The position numbers and the translations under genes were made by a program. Of a stretch of 64,000 nt of DNA, positions 1 through 9,429 are shown piece after piece. The stretch is from a virus. Its lineage: Duplodnaviria > Caudoviricetes. The notes under the pieces are model-generated. The model did not search any database, was not told the origin of the DNA, and was given only the letters and a program-made list of their open reading frames with translations. The stretch's first letter is position 1. Every line of letters starts with the position of its first letter. The stretch is from IMG/VR virus record IMGVR_UViG_3300037424_000564, positions 96,001 to 160,000 of that record; one strand, 5' to 3'.

Positions 1-372
1 TTCAAGAGTTAATAAACTGGCACACTTCGTTTTATCAATGATACTTATAAAGTTTCCATCAAAACCATAACTTTCAATTAATGCTGTTAGATTGTATTCA
101 TATACATGGTGATCAATCATTATAATCTTTTTTAGATTTAATTTAATATATACATCATGTAATGATTTAATATGTTCTTCTTTTAAATTTAGATCAGTAA
201 TCCATAATACATCTGCTGTTTCTTTTTCTAACTTCTTAATCTTTTTAGATAAAGAAGTATAACCGCCTAATAAGTATTGGAAGTCACGTTCTTTATTTTT
301 TATTGAGTTATAGATATTAATAACACAACCTATACCATCCAGATCATAATGGGAAAGTATTAAATGTTTCAT
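1..372 (-). CDS. DHH-family phosphoesterase (partial, runs off the window)
   Basis: Own translation from ATG 372 (ATGA overlap with pol stop): MKHLILSHYDLDG...ITDL...IDHH...KCAS, open to base 1; not in the ORF track. Confidence 0.85.
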   Translation of the reverse strand, partial: MKHLILSHYDLDGIGCVINIYNSIKNKERDFQYLLGGYTSLSKKIKKLEKETADVLWITDLNLKEEHIKSLHDVYIKLNLKKIIMIDHHVYEYNLTALIESYGFDGNFISIIDKTKCASLLTLE

Positions 373-2873
373 AAGAAAAAATCCTCCAGTGTTTCTTTAA
401 CCTCTGTTTGCCAATTAATACATTCTAGAATATTATTTAATGGATCGAGAAATGTTTTCTCAAATTGTGTTTCGTAATCGATTTCGAATTTTGTTTGTAA
501 TTCTTCTGGAAATTTAGTAACAAATCCAATAACATGAGAATGCATAATATTAGGTTCTTTGATATAACAAAACTTAATCTTATCACCATCAGCAATGAGT
601 TGTAGTTTATCTTCTAGGTTTTCTTTTTTAATAATTGAATTGTATGTCAATGCAGCTCTAGCACCAATAGGTAGTTTTGGAGAATTTAAAGTATAAGTTC
701 CAATAGTAACTGAACGAGGAAAAGCAACTATTTCAATAGGAGAATTAAAGAATTCTTTTTTGAATGTATTCACTAATTTAATTAGTTCCTCGTTGGAAGC
801 TGTTGTAAATATAATTTCAACAGCTTCTTTAAGCTTGTTTCTGACTATTTGTGGAGTTGATGATCTTACAATTTCAACTCCCCTAATTTTACGTTTTGGG
901 TTGTCAAGCATATAAGTACCTTCATCCCAAATTTTATTCATGATATATTTTTTCTTTGCAACGAATATTGATAAGTCAGCAACACATTCAAGTTCCATAT
1001 TGATTGTGTTTTCTCTGAAATTCATATATGATCCCATTTTTTTAAAGAATTCAGCAATAACAGGATCTAGACACTTATCATAGAATGAAAGAATAAAATC
1101 TAATTTAACTTTTTCAGTAGGTTCAATGTCACCAAATCTTTTCTTTATTACTTCTTCACAAGAAAGAAAGCATGAGTCAGTATCATTATATACATTTTTA
1201 ATTATTGGATATGCATCGATTGTTGCTTTTGTTGCGCCTCTAACAGAGACTTGTCCATTAGAAGTAATAGCTTCTGCAATTCTGATATCAAAGTAACGAC
1301 TATAAATGTTAGATAGGAATCCATACCCAGAGTTGAGAAGAATTTTTAGAGTATATTGATAACTATCTGCAATTTTATACTCTCTAGTTTTACCTTCTTT
1401 TTTATATTGTTTAGCTAATATTTTATACTCTTGTCTTTCAGCGAAAAACTTAGAGAATAATTCTGGAATTATACCTTTTTTATCTCTTCTAAAAAATTGA
1501 CCATTGCTAGTGAAAGAGTAATTATATTTACGCAAAATAGGAGCAATTTCAGCTAGATTGTCTATGTCTATACATTTCTTGATACTACCATATTCAGTTC
1601 TAATACGCAATAACTCAGGAGTTAGATCTATATCATTAACTATCGTTTCAGGTGACATATTTGCTGAAATATCTTGGTTAGGATAAGAACTCACAATATC
1701 ATTTACCAAAAGTGATTTATAAAATCCTTTAATTGGTTCGCCTACATAACCACCAATAAAGTCTACTTTGGTATGGTGAATTATAGGAGGACAAAGTATC
1801 TTACGATGAAGTAAATCATTATAAATGATACTATCCCAAGGTTTAACAGTTCCATATATATCTTCTGGTTGGCATTTAGCTTTCTGCATTAACGATAATG
1901 CAACGTTGATAAAATCAAGTTTATCATCTAGTTCATATATTAATGCTGTATCTTTAATATTATATTCTATAAATTTTTGTGGGTTTTGTTCATATAGCCC
2001 AACGAGTGAGCCATATTCTTTTTCATATTCTATTTTTTTCTTGTTAAGTTCGATAAAACATACATGGTCAAGAGTGTATGCTTCTAAGTTTTCTTTAGCA
2101 TATTTTATATACAGATCCATATAGTCCCATATAATGTGACCTTGTAGTTTATATGTTACATTTTCTTGACCTAATTTATTAGTAGATGTATGTTTTGTTA
2201 TATTTCTATCTATTGATAGTTGTTTGGTGAAAGAGGCCCCCATAACTTTAGTGATTCTATTTACTAGATACGGAATATCGAATGTGTCAATATTCCATCC
2301 GGTAATAATTTGGGGATTCATTTCATTCCAAAAAGCTAAAAATTTAACAATAAGATCAGATTCATCTTTACATTTGATATATGTTTCATTAGTGTTTTGA
2401 ACTATGTAATCTTTAATACCAAACGTAAAATAAGTATTTGTGATCATTTCATTTATGGTTATTGCGTTAATGGGATAAGCTGCTTTGTCGGGAAAACAGA
2501 AACCACCACCTTTAACATAAACTTCAATATCTAAGTTAGCTATCGACATTCCTGTTTTATCTAAAACAATATCATTCATGTATTGTGAAGCAATGAATTG
2601 GTTTACTGGTGAGATATCACCTAGAATTTGAAATACATCACGATTTTGTTTTTTCCAATAATTAAACGCATCAATATTGTCAAATACTTTAACAACTACT
2701 GGTTTGCCATAAATGTCATGCCATTTTGTTTTTTCTGTTGGATTTGCGTGATAACCAGCAAAAGGTTTGAAGTTTACTTTATCTGTATATACTTTACCAT
2801 TTTCTGTATATATATGCGTGATTACATTCCTATCAGACTGATAGGCATTAATGAGGGATTTTCCCATAAACAT
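369..2873 (-). CDS. gp43: Family B DNA polymerase (T4 gp43-like)
   Basis: ExoI DIE, ExoII GWNIDTFD, ExoIII YNIKD, pol motifs DIVSSYP, KILLNSGYG, YNDTDS, KKKY. Confidence 0.97.
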   Translation of the reverse strand: MFMGKSLINAYQSDRNVITHIYTENGKVYTDKVNFKPFAGYHANPTEKTKWHDIYGKPVVVKVFDNIDAFNYWKKQNRDVFQILGDISPVNQFIASQYMNDIVLDKTGMSIANLDIEVYVKGGGFCFPDKAAYPINAITINEMITNTYFTFGIKDYIVQNTNETYIKCKDESDLIVKFLAFWNEMNPQIITGWNIDTFDIPYLVNRITKVMGASFTKQLSIDRNITKHTSTNKLGQENVTYKLQGHIIWDYMDLYIKYAKENLEAYTLDHVCFIELNKKKIEYEKEYGSLVGLYEQNPQKFIEYNIKDTALIYELDDKLDFINVALSLMQKAKCQPEDIYGTVKPWDSIIYNDLLHRKILCPPIIHHTKVDFIGGYVGEPIKGFYKSLLVNDIVSSYPNQDISANMSPETIVNDIDLTPELLRIRTEYGSIKKCIDIDNLAEIAPILRKYNYSFTSNGQFFRRDKKGIIPELFSKFFAERQEYKILAKQYKKEGKTREYKIADSYQYTLKILLNSGYGFLSNIYSRYFDIRIAEAITSNGQVSVRGATKATIDAYPIIKNVYNDTDSCFLSCEEVIKKRFGDIEPTEKVKLDFILSFYDKCLDPVIAEFFKKMGSYMNFRENTINMELECVADLSIFVAKKKYIMNKIWDEGTYMLDNPKRKIRGVEIVRSSTPQIVRNKLKEAVEIIFTTASNEELIKLVNTFKKEFFNSPIEIVAFPRSVTIGTYTLNSPKLPIGARAALTYNSIIKKENLEDKLQLIADGDKIKFCYIKEPNIMHSHVIGFVTKFPEELQTKFEIDYETQFEKTFLDPLNNILECINWQTEVKETLEDFFL

Positions 2874-2900
2874 TCCTTAGTTAAATTAGTTATTTTACTT

Positions 2901-2929
2901 ATTATAATACGAAGTAATCAGATAAGCAA
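2901..2929 (-). promoter_or_regulatory. sigma70-type promoter of DNA polymerase
   Basis: TTGCTT-17-TATAAT upstream of the pol start. Confidence 0.7.
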
Positions 2930-2932
2930 ATT

Positions 2933-3172
2933 TTAATGGAAATCGTGATCTTCTTGGGAATCGATATGTTCTTCTGGGGTAGGTTGAGGCGCAGGTTCAC
3001 CTGACCATAATAGGAGGACAGGTTTAAATATAAACATAATACCAGTAATTCTAAAAAGAAACAATAGACAATTACCAAGTAGGAATGCTAATAATTTTAA
3101 TGTTTGAAAAATACCCAAACATAATGCAGGAATAGTCAAAGCGAGTTTTACAATATAAGATTTTTTATTCAT
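2933..3172 (-). CDS. Hypothetical membrane protein
   Basis: 79 aa, long hydrophobic stretch, in operon context. Confidence 0.6.
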   Translation of the reverse strand: MNKKSYIVKLALTIPALCLGIFQTLKLLAFLLGNCLLFLFRITGIMFIFKPVLLLWSGEPAPQPTPEEHIDSQEDHDFH

Positions 3173-3183
3173 TTGTTATTCTT

Positions 3184-3642
3184 TCATTTAGTATTGGTTA
3201 ATAACCGATGTAATTTACCGGGATGATAGTGATATGCTTTAAGATTTGGATATTTGCCTATTTGCTGTAAAGCAGCTAAACATACTTCAGAACAAAACCA
3301 TCTAGTTCTTGATTGAAAAGATAGAGGGATTATTTGAGTCAAAAATATACCTGACCAATCATATCCACATTTATCTTCAGAAAGACACCATTGGAAGATA
3401 ATACCATCTTCTTCTTCAGTTGTTGGGATATCAATAATATCCCAACAACTTAAATCAAAAGAATGTTTTGTAAATGCTGTTCTATTTTTTTCAGGATAAG
3501 CTGAAAATGAAATACCTGATTCAAAAATTATTTCAACGTGGAAGTAAGGGCTTGCAGTCCACCAGCAAATAGATTTTTCTATTAATGTTTCAGGATTCTT
3601 TTTAAATGCTATCTTCATAGTATAATAACTTTTCTTGTTCAA
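3184..3642 (-). CDS. Permuted papain-like amidase (NlpC/P60, YaeF/YiiX-like)
   Basis: YFHVEI...YDW...WFCSEVC, His-before-Cys arrangement. Confidence 0.7.
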   Translation of the reverse strand: MNKKSYYTMKIAFKKNPETLIEKSICWWTASPYFHVEIIFESGISFSAYPEKNRTAFTKHSFDLSCWDIIDIPTTEEEDGIIFQWCLSEDKCGYDWSGIFLTQIIPLSFQSRTRWFCSEVCLAALQQIGKYPNLKAYHYHPGKLHRLLTNTK

Positions 3643-3883
3643 TATCTATTTGTTCATGTTTCAACTCTTGTCGTGTTTTACCCTGTAATCTTCTTTGATT
3701 TCCACACATCCAACAAGAACAAGGAGTTGGTGTATTTACTACGCTAGATAATATTTTACTTTCTTGTGAAATATCATAACCAAAATGATATTTTCTTTTA
3801 TTTCTCAATCTATGATTGTGGTGTCTTCTAATCTCTCGTTTGGATTTTGGATACAGTCGTGGTAGAATTTCTTCTTCGAACAT
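3602..3883 (-). CDS. Hypothetical basic protein with CxCxxC
   Basis: PTPCSCWMCGNQRR; overlaps downstream gene. Confidence 0.6.
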   Translation of the reverse strand: MFEEEILPRLYPKSKREIRRHHNHRLRNKRKYHFGYDISQESKILSSVVNTPTPCSCWMCGNQRRLQGKTRQELKHEQIDIEQEKLLYYEDSI

Positions 3884-3901
3884 ATTTTACTCCAATCTTG
3901 G

Positions 3902-4378
3902 TTATCTGCTTCCTAATTCATTATCAATAATAAGAATGTTGTTTGCTGACATTAGTACACGTTTTTGGATATCTTCTACAGTTTTAACTTCTTCTACTTG
4001 TTCTTTTAGAAACCAAAGTAGCAATTCATAAGTCTGATCATCTTTTAGATCAACACAAATACGTGCTAATGTTTTAAGGTTTTCGAGAGTCTTGTTTTCT
4101 AACTGAACAGTTAGCATAAACATTTGTTCCAGAGAAAGAATTTGCGGTGCGATTTCAGCTAGAGGTTTTAAATGAGGGATATGTCCTTTGTCGCTAATAT
4201 AAGTAAAAAACTTATTAAAGTGAGTATACTCTTCTACTGATTGTTTATCAAACCAAGAAGTTGTCCCGATAAGAGAAAGATAATCTGCAATCCCAGAAAA
4301 TGATTTATACTGATATGAATTAGCTAATTCATTCCCCATTTGAATTTGTAATGCTTCTAAAATTTTTTCATTTAACAT
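3902..4378 (-). CDS. ftnA: Non-heme ferritin
   Basis: 158 aa; QMGNELANSYQY, QSVEEYTH, WFLKEQVEE ferroxidase-type motifs. Confidence 0.88.
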   Translation of the reverse strand: MLNEKILEALQIQMGNELANSYQYKSFSGIADYLSLIGTTSWFDKQSVEEYTHFNKFFTYISDKGHIPHLKPLAEIAPQILSLEQMFMLTVQLENKTLENLKTLARICVDLKDDQTYELLLWFLKEQVEEVKTVEDIQKRVLMSANNILIIDNELGSR

Positions 4379-4388
4379 AATAATATCC

Positions 4389-4637
4389 TTAAGTTACAAT
4401 TTTAACGTTAGGTCCAAGCATTTGATTCGCTTTTGTCTGCATCTTTGTATCAATTTTCTTCCAGCCTTTTTTAAGATCTTTTGAATCAACTGGTTCAATA
4501 TCATCGGTGTCAGCTAATTGTTTCTTAGCTAAAAGTTGTTTCTTAGCTAATTGTTTAGCGGCCTCGTATTCTTTTTGTTGTTGTGTTTGAATAACCTCAT
4601 TCATACGCATTTTTTCTAACACTTTATTAAAATCCAT
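4389..4637 (-). CDS. Hypothetical protein (probably late)
   Basis: AAGGAG RBS; follows a TATAAATA motif. Confidence 0.65.
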   Translation of the reverse strand: MDFNKVLEKMRMNEVIQTQQQKEYEAAKQLAKKQLLAKKQLADTDDIEPVDSKDLKKGWKKIDTKMQTKANQMLGPNVKIVT

Positions 4638-4669
4638 GATTTGCTCCTTTATCTATTTACTTTCAAAAG

Positions 4670-4677
4670 TATTTATA
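4670..4677 (-). promoter_or_regulatory. T4-type late promoter TATAAATA
   Basis: Exact consensus in an intergenic gap; gp55 is in the window. Confidence 0.65.
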
Positions 4678-4684
4678 TTATTTA

Positions 4685-5614
4685 TTAAATTTTGATTGGT
4701 AAATATTGTTCATAGATTTTAGCTGATTTGACTCTATTCTCTTCCCATGCGATAGATAATTGTCCACCTGAATCATGTAAAAGTTGAATTGTTTCTGTCA
4801 CTGCTATCTTTTTACCATGAATATGATTTTCAATACAAAAAGAAATGTCATAAAAATGGAATCCATCAAAATCTTCATCAAAATCGATACAAGTATCTGG
4901 ATTAAATGCAATAAATACTCCATCGATTACAGCTACAGGTTGTAATTTACCACAAACTTTGTCATTCGTAAAATCAGATTTCCATTGTTTTTTTCCATCA
5001 GTATGCCATACTTTACCCCATAGATTATTTTGATTTGGTGCGTTCTTTTCGTCTAACCACCAAACACAATGAGGATGTAACAAGTCAGTACCAGCCAAAC
5101 CTAAAATATCTACCTCATTATTGTTAAAGATATTAAGGATATTTTTCCCCCAACCTTGTGATTTGAAGTGGACATCATGGTGAATAAAAAGAACAACACA
5201 ATCAATGTATTTTGTTATGGTATCAGCCAGTATTTTATTATAAGATTGTGTTAGTGAAAATTCACCATTGTTAATAAATGGTATCATAATGATTTCGTCT
5301 TTCTTTTGTGAAAGACCAGATGATTTGATAATTTCTTTGTTGAATTTCTTGATGAATCGTTCGTCTCTATTGGTAGAATAGCCAACAATTAATTTAGTTT
5401 TAATTGGATCTTTGTAAAAATAATGATTTAATGATTCACCACATTTAGGACAAATATCAACAATATAATCAGGGTATTCCCAACCATCACTTTCAACTTC
5501 AGTAGTGCATTCATATAGAAATGGTTCATACCCACATCCGTCACAAATACCTGCATTTGGTTTCCCTATATTATATGCTTCTTCGCATTCCAGTTCTTTT
5601 AATACATCATTCAT
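4685..5614 (-). CDS. GT-A (GT2-like) glycosyltransferase with N-terminal zinc ribbon
   Basis: CDGC...CPKC N-terminus; SLTQSYN, FIHHDV, IDGVFIA, FHFYDISFC, LLHDSGG. Confidence 0.8.
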   Translation of the reverse strand: MNDVLKELECEEAYNIGKPNAGICDGCGYEPFLYECTTEVESDGWEYPDYIVDICPKCGESLNHYFYKDPIKTKLIVGYSTNRDERFIKKFNKEIIKSSGLSQKKDEIIMIPFINNGEFSLTQSYNKILADTITKYIDCVVLFIHHDVHFKSQGWGKNILNIFNNNEVDILGLAGTDLLHPHCVWWLDEKNAPNQNNLWGKVWHTDGKKQWKSDFTNDKVCGKLQPVAVIDGVFIAFNPDTCIDFDEDFDGFHFYDISFCIENHIHGKKIAVTETIQLLHDSGGQLSIAWEENRVKSAKIYEQYLPIKI

Positions 5615-5616
5615 TG

Positions 5617-5988
5617 TTAATCCTTTACTAGTTTACGTTCTTTTACACGTTCAACCCAAGCTAATAGTTGTTGTAGATCCCCACCGGGAACTTTTAAATC
5701 AGGAACAGCATAAATGAAAGTTAAGTCACTCTGTGTTAATCCATAAGTAGCTAATATTGCGGCATATTTCCATTGCCATAACATAGTTTTAATACGATGA
5801 TAAGCAACTAACGGTGCAATTATACCACTTACAAGTACGGTTACTATAGACGTACTAAGGATAATCCACCAAATAATTCTACCAGTCCATTCGAAAATTT
5901 CAATTCCCATTTTTCTTTGCCTTTCTGAAATTAGCAAGAACAGATCCAAATAGAGCAGAGTGAGATAGAATCCATTCAAACATTTCAT
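5617..5988 (-). CDS. Hypothetical membrane protein (likely start ~5910)
   Basis: TM segment; MGIEIFEW start fits overlap with upstream gene. Confidence 0.55.
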   Translation of the reverse strand: MKCLNGFYLTLLYLDLFLLISERQRKMGIEIFEWTGRIIWWIILSTSIVTVLVSGIIAPLVAYHRIKTMLWQWKYAAILATYGLTQSDLTFIYAVPDLKVPGGDLQQLLAWVERVKERKLVKD

Positions 5989-6181
5989 CGTCTTCTTTTT
6001 TATCTAGTTGGTATTTTGCTTGCATAGTTAAAAAATATCGATATTTTGTTTCTAGCCACCATTCAAATGATTCCATATCAACAACTTCTACTGCTGATAA
6101 CCATGCATCCAATTCAGTTCCAGCTAACATTTCATCAATTGTTGCCATTCCTGCTTGTTTCATTCGTTCATCTAAAGTCAT
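5900..6181 (-). CDS. Hypothetical protein
   Basis: 93-aa ORF in operon. Confidence 0.6.
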   Translation of the reverse strand: MTLDERMKQAGMATIDEMLAGTELDAWLSAVEVVDMESFEWWLETKYRYFLTMQAKYQLDKKEDDEMFEWILSHSALFGSVLANFRKAKKNGN

Positions 6182-6218
6182 TAGTATTCCCCATTATTCT
6201 AATAAAATCTGGCCACAT
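6168..6218 (-). CDS. 16-aa minigene MWPDFIRIMGNTNDFR
   Basis: AGGAGG RBS then ATG 6218; stop overlaps start region of next gene. Confidence 0.4.
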   Translation of the reverse strand: MWPDFIRIMGNTNDFR

Positions 6219-6223
6219 AATAC

Positions 6224-6270
6224 AAATCCTCCTTTCTAGAAGTATAACCCAGAAAGGAGGATTTTGTCAA
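6224..6270 (-). promoter_or_regulatory. sigma70 promoter inside a 14-bp RBS-occluding inverted repeat
   Basis: TTGACA-18-TATACT; arms 6224-6237 and 6251-6264, 3' arm contains AGGAGG. Confidence 0.75.
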
Positions 6271-6287
6271 GTGCAATTTTCCATTTT

Positions 6288-7670
6288 TTACTGAATACCT
6301 TTTTCAGTGTTTACTATGACTTCTTCAAAAGTGATAGTTCTAACAATAGGAATATTATTATAATCATCAAGTTTGAATACTTCTTTGAGAGCAATAACTT
6401 CATTACCTACTTCATCTAGTCTACAAGTAGTAAGACCTTCGTTAGTTTCAATGAGAGTTAATCTACCTTTTTTGCTATTTTTACCGGGAGCAATTTTGAA
6501 CACATCTTGCCATTCTCCATCAATAAGAATAGCACAACATTTCATTGCAAATCCAAAGGTATCACGGTTAGAATGTTGTAGTAGTGCGCCACCCATACCA
6601 AATCCAACATTATCAGCAGCAAATCCTTTCCATTTGAGAAGAGATAGGATTTCTTCAATAGAATCACGATTGATTCCATCGCCTTGAATAACTCTAACAC
6701 AACTAGGAAGAACTTTATATCCTTTGCTATTAATAGTGAAACCAAAATGTTTCATTAGGATTTCAACACAACGAGCAACGGTTTGTGCTGGATCACCAGA
6801 GTCAGGACGAATGACCAGAGTGCCGCCCATATTAATTACTTCTTCTTTTAGTTCAGTTCCCCACATTTCACAGGCATTGAAAATATTGTAACTATCAGAT
6901 ACACATGCTACAATATTCCCCGGCCCACCATATTGCTGAAGCATATTGCGATATGCTTCGACTTCTTTATCCTGACCCCAAGATGTGATTGTGCTGTGTT
7001 CAGATGCTGGAATGCTAAAACCAGCCATAGCACAATTATAGTATTCATTAGCATACAGAATACCTTCAACAGTATCACTTCCCATGAAGTTGACAAGGTG
7101 AGCAGATCCACCAATTCCAGCAGATTCACTAGAACTTACGCCCCTTGCACCAAAATCATGAAGTTTGAACATAACTTGATCTTGATCATCAGAAGTCAGT
7201 TCCAGATACTTCTTGATTGTTTGCTTACAATCATAGGAAATAGTGGCAACAGAAGAAGGATACCAAATAGCACGTAGTAGTGCAGTTTCAAGGAAACTAG
7301 CAATCCAGAAACATTTTGGATCTGTACATTCGATAGTAAGGAGGACATTACTATTACGAAGAACAGTACCTTCTGGTACAGCTTTGATAATTACTGGCAT
7401 AAAGCCATTATATGTTTTAAGAATATATTCCCATCCTTCACGATTGAAGGGTTCCCCATGACTAGCAAAAAAGATAGCGGCTTGATCAATATCTTTTTGC
7501 GTGATGGGGTTTAGAAGATGGTCTTTGATGAAAATCTGAAGACCATAAAATAGTAGATGACTTCCGGCTCTTGCCTCAATATAAGACATCATTCCTTGGG
7601 TCTTAGGAGGGTATTGTTTCCAGTGACTACTTTTATAGCTATCACTTTTGAGAATTAGATTGTTGACCAT
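6288..7670 (-). CDS. nadV: Nicotinamide phosphoribosyltransferase
   Basis: LKSDSYKSSH, LHDFGARG, PASEHS, CVSDSY, IRPDSGD, VIQGDGI, FGMGGALLQ. Confidence 0.96.
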   Translation of the reverse strand: MVNNLILKSDSYKSSHWKQYPPKTQGMMSYIEARAGSHLLFYGLQIFIKDHLLNPITQKDIDQAAIFFASHGEPFNREGWEYILKTYNGFMPVIIKAVPEGTVLRNSNVLLTIECTDPKCFWIASFLETALLRAIWYPSSVATISYDCKQTIKKYLELTSDDQDQVMFKLHDFGARGVSSSESAGIGGSAHLVNFMGSDTVEGILYANEYYNCAMAGFSIPASEHSTITSWGQDKEVEAYRNMLQQYGGPGNIVACVSDSYNIFNACEMWGTELKEEVINMGGTLVIRPDSGDPAQTVARCVEILMKHFGFTINSKGYKVLPSCVRVIQGDGINRDSIEEILSLLKWKGFAADNVGFGMGGALLQHSNRDTFGFAMKCCAILIDGEWQDVFKIAPGKNSKKGRLTLIETNEGLTTCRLDEVGNEVIALKEVFKLDDYNNIPIVRTITFEEVIVNTEKGIQ

Positions 7671-7814
7671 TTAAATGCACTCCTTTTTATTGTCTTCTTC
7701 AACAATTAGGCTAAGTTGGCCGCAAGCAGCACCTGCATTGATTTCAGCCTCAGTAGCAATAGCAGTAGCAAAATCGAAACCAGCTTCTTTGAGTTGTTCT
7801 TGTACAGTTTTCAT
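7671..7814 (-). CDS. 47-aa peptide corresponding to the RlmN/Cfr C-terminal segment with the catalytic cysteine
   Basis: Own translation: MKTVQEQLKEAGFDFATAIATEAEINAGAACGQLSLIVEEDNKKECI; AAAGGAAG RBS; stop abuts nadV ATG; absent from the ORF track. Confidence 0.85.
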   Translation of the reverse strand: MKTVQEQLKEAGFDFATAIATEAEINAGAACGQLSLIVEEDNKKECI

Positions 7815-7888
7815 AGTATCACTTCCTTTCTGTTATAGGATTATTCCCAATAGATTGTATATCTAAATATTTCCTTCTGATCTTTGCA

Positions 7889-8083
7889 TCAATTATGGTC
7901 TACTACCTTAATGAAGATAGTTTTAGTGAAGGACTGTTGACCGTTAGGATCAACATATCTTGGTTGATGAATCGCAGTAAACTCATATGTTCCATCAACC
8001 AAAGCAACGAATTCGACAATAAGATCCCGGTTATCAACCCTAAATTGATCACATACCATCTGAGCAACAACTGAGTTTTTCAT
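7889..8083 (-). CDS. Hypothetical protein
   Basis: AAGGAG RBS, directly under promoter 8102-8130. Confidence 0.65.
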   Translation of the reverse strand: MKNSVVAQMVCDQFRVDNRDLIVEFVALVDGTYEFTAIHQPRYVDPNGQQSFTKTIFIKVVDHN

Positions 8084-8101
8084 ATATCTCCTTGTTTAAA
8101 T

Positions 8102-8130
8102 AGAATACGATAATTTTAGTTTTATGTCAA
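8102..8130 (-). promoter_or_regulatory. sigma70-type early promoter
   Basis: TTGACA-17-TATTCT. Confidence 0.75.
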
Positions 8131-8149
8131 TTAAAAAATTCAATTCCAT

Positions 8150-9061
8150 TTATATGATAATTTCTCCACCAAATCCAGTTCGAAGGTAGGAACCATCAAA
8201 CACCAAGTTTGATTCATTTCCTTTAGCAAAATCACTATTATATCTAGCATAAATTTTAACTAAACTGTCACCATCTTTAGGATTGAAGACATAGTTTCTG
8301 CATTCACAACTACCTTTATTATTCCATGTTTGGTAGTGTAAGATATTTTCTTTATTGGATAAATCAATATCACGAAAGTCAATATGATTATCAGTACAAT
8401 AATCATTAACTTTCATTAGTGTAACAAATCCAACATCACGAACACCGACAGATGCAGACCATTCCAGATATTTACACATTTCTTCATAAGAGTCAATATA
8501 ACCTTTAACTAAATTACAAGAAAAATGAATTTTGTGTTTATTGTGAAGATTATTCAATTCATTATTTGTGGGAATATTAATGAACGAATTGATGCCAAAT
8601 ATTTCTGAATTTTTACGTTCATTATAATGATGTCGGGACAAAGCAACACTATCAATTTCATCCATATCCATTAATTCACTAATATTGTAACCATTAGTAT
8701 TAGCCACAATAAATGATTTTGGACTAACTTCTTTTGTTTTGATTAGGATAGATTTGAAGTTATCAATATCCAGAGAAAGTTCACCACCAGTAAAACTGAT
8801 TTTATTGATGATAATTTTTTTCTGTAATTCTGACATAACATAATAAAATTTATGCAAATCAAATTCTGTATTTTCCTGACTACAAAACTCACAGAATTTA
8901 CATTTCGCCTGACACTTTTCAGTTACTTTTACGTAGATATTTACATAAGGATCTTTGACATGCCATAGATCATTGCAAAGATTCTTCTGACAATGATAAT
9001 CCTTTGTCATGATTGTTTTATTAAAAATATCGATTTTCATAATAGTCCTCTTAATTAACAA
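8150..9061 (-). CDS. Radical SAM enzyme (likely start 9040)
   Basis: CQAKCKFC (CxxxCxxC), ISFTGGE, NTNG, ALSRHH. Confidence 0.9.
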   Translation of the reverse strand: MLIKRTIMKIDIFNKTIMTKDYHCQKNLCNDLWHVKDPYVNIYVKVTEKCQAKCKFCEFCSQENTEFDLHKFYYVMSELQKKIIINKISFTGGELSLDIDNFKSILIKTKEVSPKSFIVANTNGYNISELMDMDEIDSVALSRHHYNERKNSEIFGINSFINIPTNNELNNLHNKHKIHFSCNLVKGYIDSYEEMCKYLEWSASVGVRDVGFVTLMKVNDYCTDNHIDFRDIDLSNKENILHYQTWNNKGSCECRNYVFNPKDGDSLVKIYARYNSDFAKGNESNLVFDGSYLRTGFGGEIII

Positions 9062-9342
9062 CCACCAGTTCTACTTCCAGAATATCCTCTAGAACAAGGA
9101 TCTACGGTAGTAGGTTTGTTCTTGGTTTTTACATTTGATGCATCTTGCTCTACTTTGACGTGAAGAACAATATCAAACATAGCAAATACAATATTTAGAG
9201 CATCTTTAGAAATAATTGTAGACATTTCAGTAGATGTACAGATATCCATAAAAAGATCATTGATTTTTGTTGTCGGAACACCAGAGGCAACAATTTTCTT
9301 ACGCATACCGATTAGGAATAGAACTTCATCTTTAAGTGCCAT
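9055..9342 (-). CDS. Hypothetical protein with Cys/Gly/Ser-rich C-terminal tail
   Basis: Ends DPCSRGYSGSRTGGC; AAGGAG RBS; abuts the radical SAM gene. Confidence 0.65.
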   Translation of the reverse strand: MALKDEVLFLIGMRKKIVASGVPTTKINDLFMDICTSTEMSTIISKDALNIVFAMFDIVLHVKVEQDASNVKTKNKPTTVDPCSRGYSGSRTGGC

Positions 9343-9429
9343 GATTTGTCTCCTTTTGATTATAAAATTCTTCTCTATTAATTTTTTCAGACTTCCACAC
9401 TTTATTTGTTTCTCTAAGACCTTTTGGAA

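Noticed and set aside
1150-1700. Polymerase motif variants (DIVSSYP, YNDTDS) as evidence for a modified-base polymerase
   Set aside because: Catalytic aspartates are intact and such substitutions alone do not indicate altered base specificity.
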